Positions 61,091 through 64,000 of a DNA stretch of 64,000 nucleotides are shown piece after piece (the stretch's first letter is position 1; every line of letters starts with the position of its first letter). The stretch comes from Lama guanicoe (Eukaryota), in contig MU053934.1 in the NCBI GenBank assembly GCA_013239625.1, positions 8,515,352 through 8,579,351 of the forward strand, in the 5' to 3' direction. Made by a program: the position numbers and the translations under genes. The notes below the pieces were generated by a model. The model saw nothing but the letters and a program-made list of their open reading frames with translations, did not search any database and had not been told where the DNA came from.

Positions 61091-64000
61091 GAGAGCACCG
61101 ACTCTGGTCTAGTGAGTTGCTGGCAAGGAAACGTAACCGTCCCCCCGCTGCCCTCCACCTGCAGCGCGCTTCAGTCTGCAGGGGGCTTTCTGGTGTCTCG
61201 TGTCGAAGAGGTGGGCACGGGTGTTACAGACAGGGACACACGGGCCCCAGAGGACGGGTGTCTCCCTCTAGGTCCCTCAGCTGGCACGTGGCAGGGCTGG
61301 GACCCCAGCTGAGACCCACGTTCTGCACTGTTTGGGGACTGCCAGGGGCTAGTGGACTTTTTCCTGCCGTGTCTTGCGTAACAGTGGGCTTCGCAGTGCA
61401 CGCGGCTCACAGACGGCGCTGCTGGGCGTTAATGTTGAAATCCGGGACTCCTCCGGGTTTTCCTTCTTCCAGGTCCTTTCAAACCTATAATGAAATCTCC
61501 CTAACAGATGTTTGAGTCGGTGGGACGGTGGCAGGCAGTGCCTGATTTCTCAAAGCCCTCCCTCCCGACTGCCTCTTGGGCCCTGCTGCCATTGTCAAGA
61601 GAAGCTAATTTAGAGGGATTTCTCGATTTCCTGCCCTGGGTCTTGGGGAAAGTTTTGTTGCTACGTTTTGCAGTCATTTATCTGGCACCATATGTACCGG
61701 TCAATGCAGGGGAGTCAGAGGCGACCAGGCCTTAGCTCTGGCCTTCCCCCATGAAGCCTTCCTGGATTGGCCCAGGAGAATCAGCAGTCCCTCCCCTGCA
61801 GCTTCACTGTCCCTGAGCCAATGATGCACCTGCAAAGTGTGCATTTGTGGCCAGGTCTTCCCCCTGCACCTGGATGCACCCCCTGATCCATCTCTGCATC
61901 CCTTGCCTATCAGAAAGGGTCTGCATGTGACAGGATCTCATAAATGTTGGGTGGGAGGAGGGAGGAAGGAGGTGGGCTAGCACTAAATACCAACCTTCCA
62001 ACTGGGGCATTCAGAGAGGCTGCATGGAGGAGGCAGCCTCTGAGTGGTTCCTGGAGTGATGGGCAGGCTGTTGCTAGGCGGCAGACACAAGAAAGGATGG
62101 TGGGCTGAGGCTCCGTGGGTAGGAGGGCTAGACTGGTGAGCTCACATAGGAACCATGGAGGGAGGCAGCAAAGGGTAGGGAGCGTGCTAAGGGTGCCAAG
62201 CTTTGTCTAGGAGGCAGTGGGGAGCCATGCAAGGTTCTTGAGGAGAAGCAAACGACATGTTCAGAGTAACCCTTTTCAGAAGCTCAGGCTGACAGCACAA
62301 GGATGTGTGTTTATACCTTTGTCTTGAACTGAAAAAGATAAATTGTCAAATGAGAGGAAGTTAACTTGTTCTGTGTCTCATACTCCCCTCAAAGGTGGAC
62401 TGTGGGTAGGGATAGGGTTACAGAGCTAGGTTTGATGGAAGCCAAAATGAGGGAAAGCCTAGGCTTCAAAACCAGCCAACAGTGGACTGTCTGCTATCAG
62501 ATAGTGAGTTCCCCACCACTGGAGGTATGTAAGTGGATCTCCAGATCTAATTAGATGAGATTTATACACAAGGATTTTCCATCCGCCATCACTGCACCCC
62601 AGTGGGTTTCCTGGGTTCTTTTCTGTTGTCTCTGCTATTGACTTCTCGTCTTCCAGACTATTCTGCCAGGTTACTCCTTTAAGGAAGAACCATTCACACA
62701 GGAGTGTCCGTGACCCTCTTCCAGCAGTACTCACCTCTGCCAAGAAGCTCCTGCCATGGGGGCACCTAACGGAAGCCACCTTCCAGTAGGGATGGACTTC
62801 ATGGCAGCTGTGTTCTGGGTCCTTGGACCACCTGAAAGTCACCGTAGCCTCCCTGTTCCGAATGGCAAGCCTGTCTTTTTGTAATTAATTAGTATTCCTT
62901 TGGGAGACACTTGGCGATTCTATAAACACCCTGTTCCTCATGGGAGTTGTGTGGGCTAGCTTTGGCCTCTGTTGCCGTTTCTCGGCTTGATTATTACTAA
63001 AATGGGTGCCAAACAGTGACTGGGATTCCTGGTTGGCACTTTACTGTAAGAAAGAGCCTTCTCTTCTGGTTTATTTATGTCAGTATGGACTTGTGATTTC
63101 CCATTTTATTTGGTGGGTTAAAATCCATGACTGTATTTATCTTGATGCTCAAATTGTTCGAATTTGGCCAAGCGGGCTTAAGCCTAGCTCTGTGTCCCTC
63201 AGACACGCCCCGTCCCTCTGAGCACTTCCGTTACTTTCTAGCACCAGGAGATGCTCTGCCCAGCCTGGGAATTGCCGTTCCTCTTAGTGGAGGGTGCTCC
63301 TAAGGCCCTGGAAGCAATGTGCTAGTTGCTCTTGGGGTGTTACGGCTCCTAGGCCAGTCGGTAGACAGTTGGGGGGGTGCGTGTGTGTGTACATAAGCAC
63401 GCACACACATCAACCTCGGTCTCACATTCACACTTACCTATTCCTACTGGTACCCATACGTTCACACCGACATCTACACCAGTTCCAGCCCTACCCCACG
63501 ATTGTTCTAGTTTTCTCACTTTCTCTATTTGTAATGTCTCTTCTCTGACAGTGACAGACTGGCTTCTGCTGCCCCTGCTTGTCCGACTTGCCACGTGTCT
63601 GACGACCCTGTGTGGCCGCCTCTCACTCACTGAGGCTCCATTACCGCTCGGGCTGCCCTGCCCCCACCCAGCACCTTCCGGCTTGCACGCTTGGCTGCAA
63701 ACCTTGGGTCTCCTCTCATGCCTCTGGCTCCGGTGCTGTCCCCACCCTGCCTGGGCTCAGACACCTCCCTCGGGCTGTCGTCGCTCCTGTCCCCACCCCG
63801 CCCAGGCCGGCTTAGTCGCTGACTCCAGGAGGCGGGTGGTTGGGGAGACTGATTTATAACATTTGCAGATTTCTGTGGTGACACTCCTGCCACTGTGGCC
63901 AGTGTTCCCCCTGGACACAGGCCTGGGAGGAAATGGGCGGCTGTCACCTCTGTGTCCGTTCCACCCCTCAGATGCAGCAGGCAGAACAGCACAGGGATGC

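Overview
Mammalian, GC-rich euchromatic window, probably from a camelid: it has four tRNA-Ala-derived SINEs resembling Vic-1. It holds two tandem + strand genes. PRR5 (Protor-1, an mTORC2/RICTOR partner) is complete: a CpG-island promoter, 8 coding exons from 1062 to 26533 giving 1170 nt / 389 aa (all GT-AG, phases consistent) and an AATAAA at 26986. The 5' part of ARHGAP8 (BPGAP1) follows: a CpG-island promoter at about 35.5-35.9 kb and BCH/CRAL-TRIO-domain exons at 48893-48929, 52036-52179, 56995-57082 and 60508-60639; the gene continues beyond the window. The rest is intron or intergenic DNA with MIR, L2, L1M, MaLR/ERVL LTR and hAT-Charlie fossils. Nearly all ORFs in the supplied track are spurious GC-rich frames. 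I see no new multi-gene system. The most interesting points are: splice phases that keep the PRR5-ARHGAP8 read-through fusion possible; a rewired ARHGAP8 start (the ATG I recall from human reads ACG here, with an upstream coding exon, a new downstream ATG and a short uORF); three CAGGT(G/A) motifs spaced exactly 27 nt apart that are both splice donors and ZEB/SNAI boxes; and an Arg-rich uORF with a G-quadruplex in the PRR5 leader. Comparisons to human proteins and repeat family names are from memory and need database confirmation.
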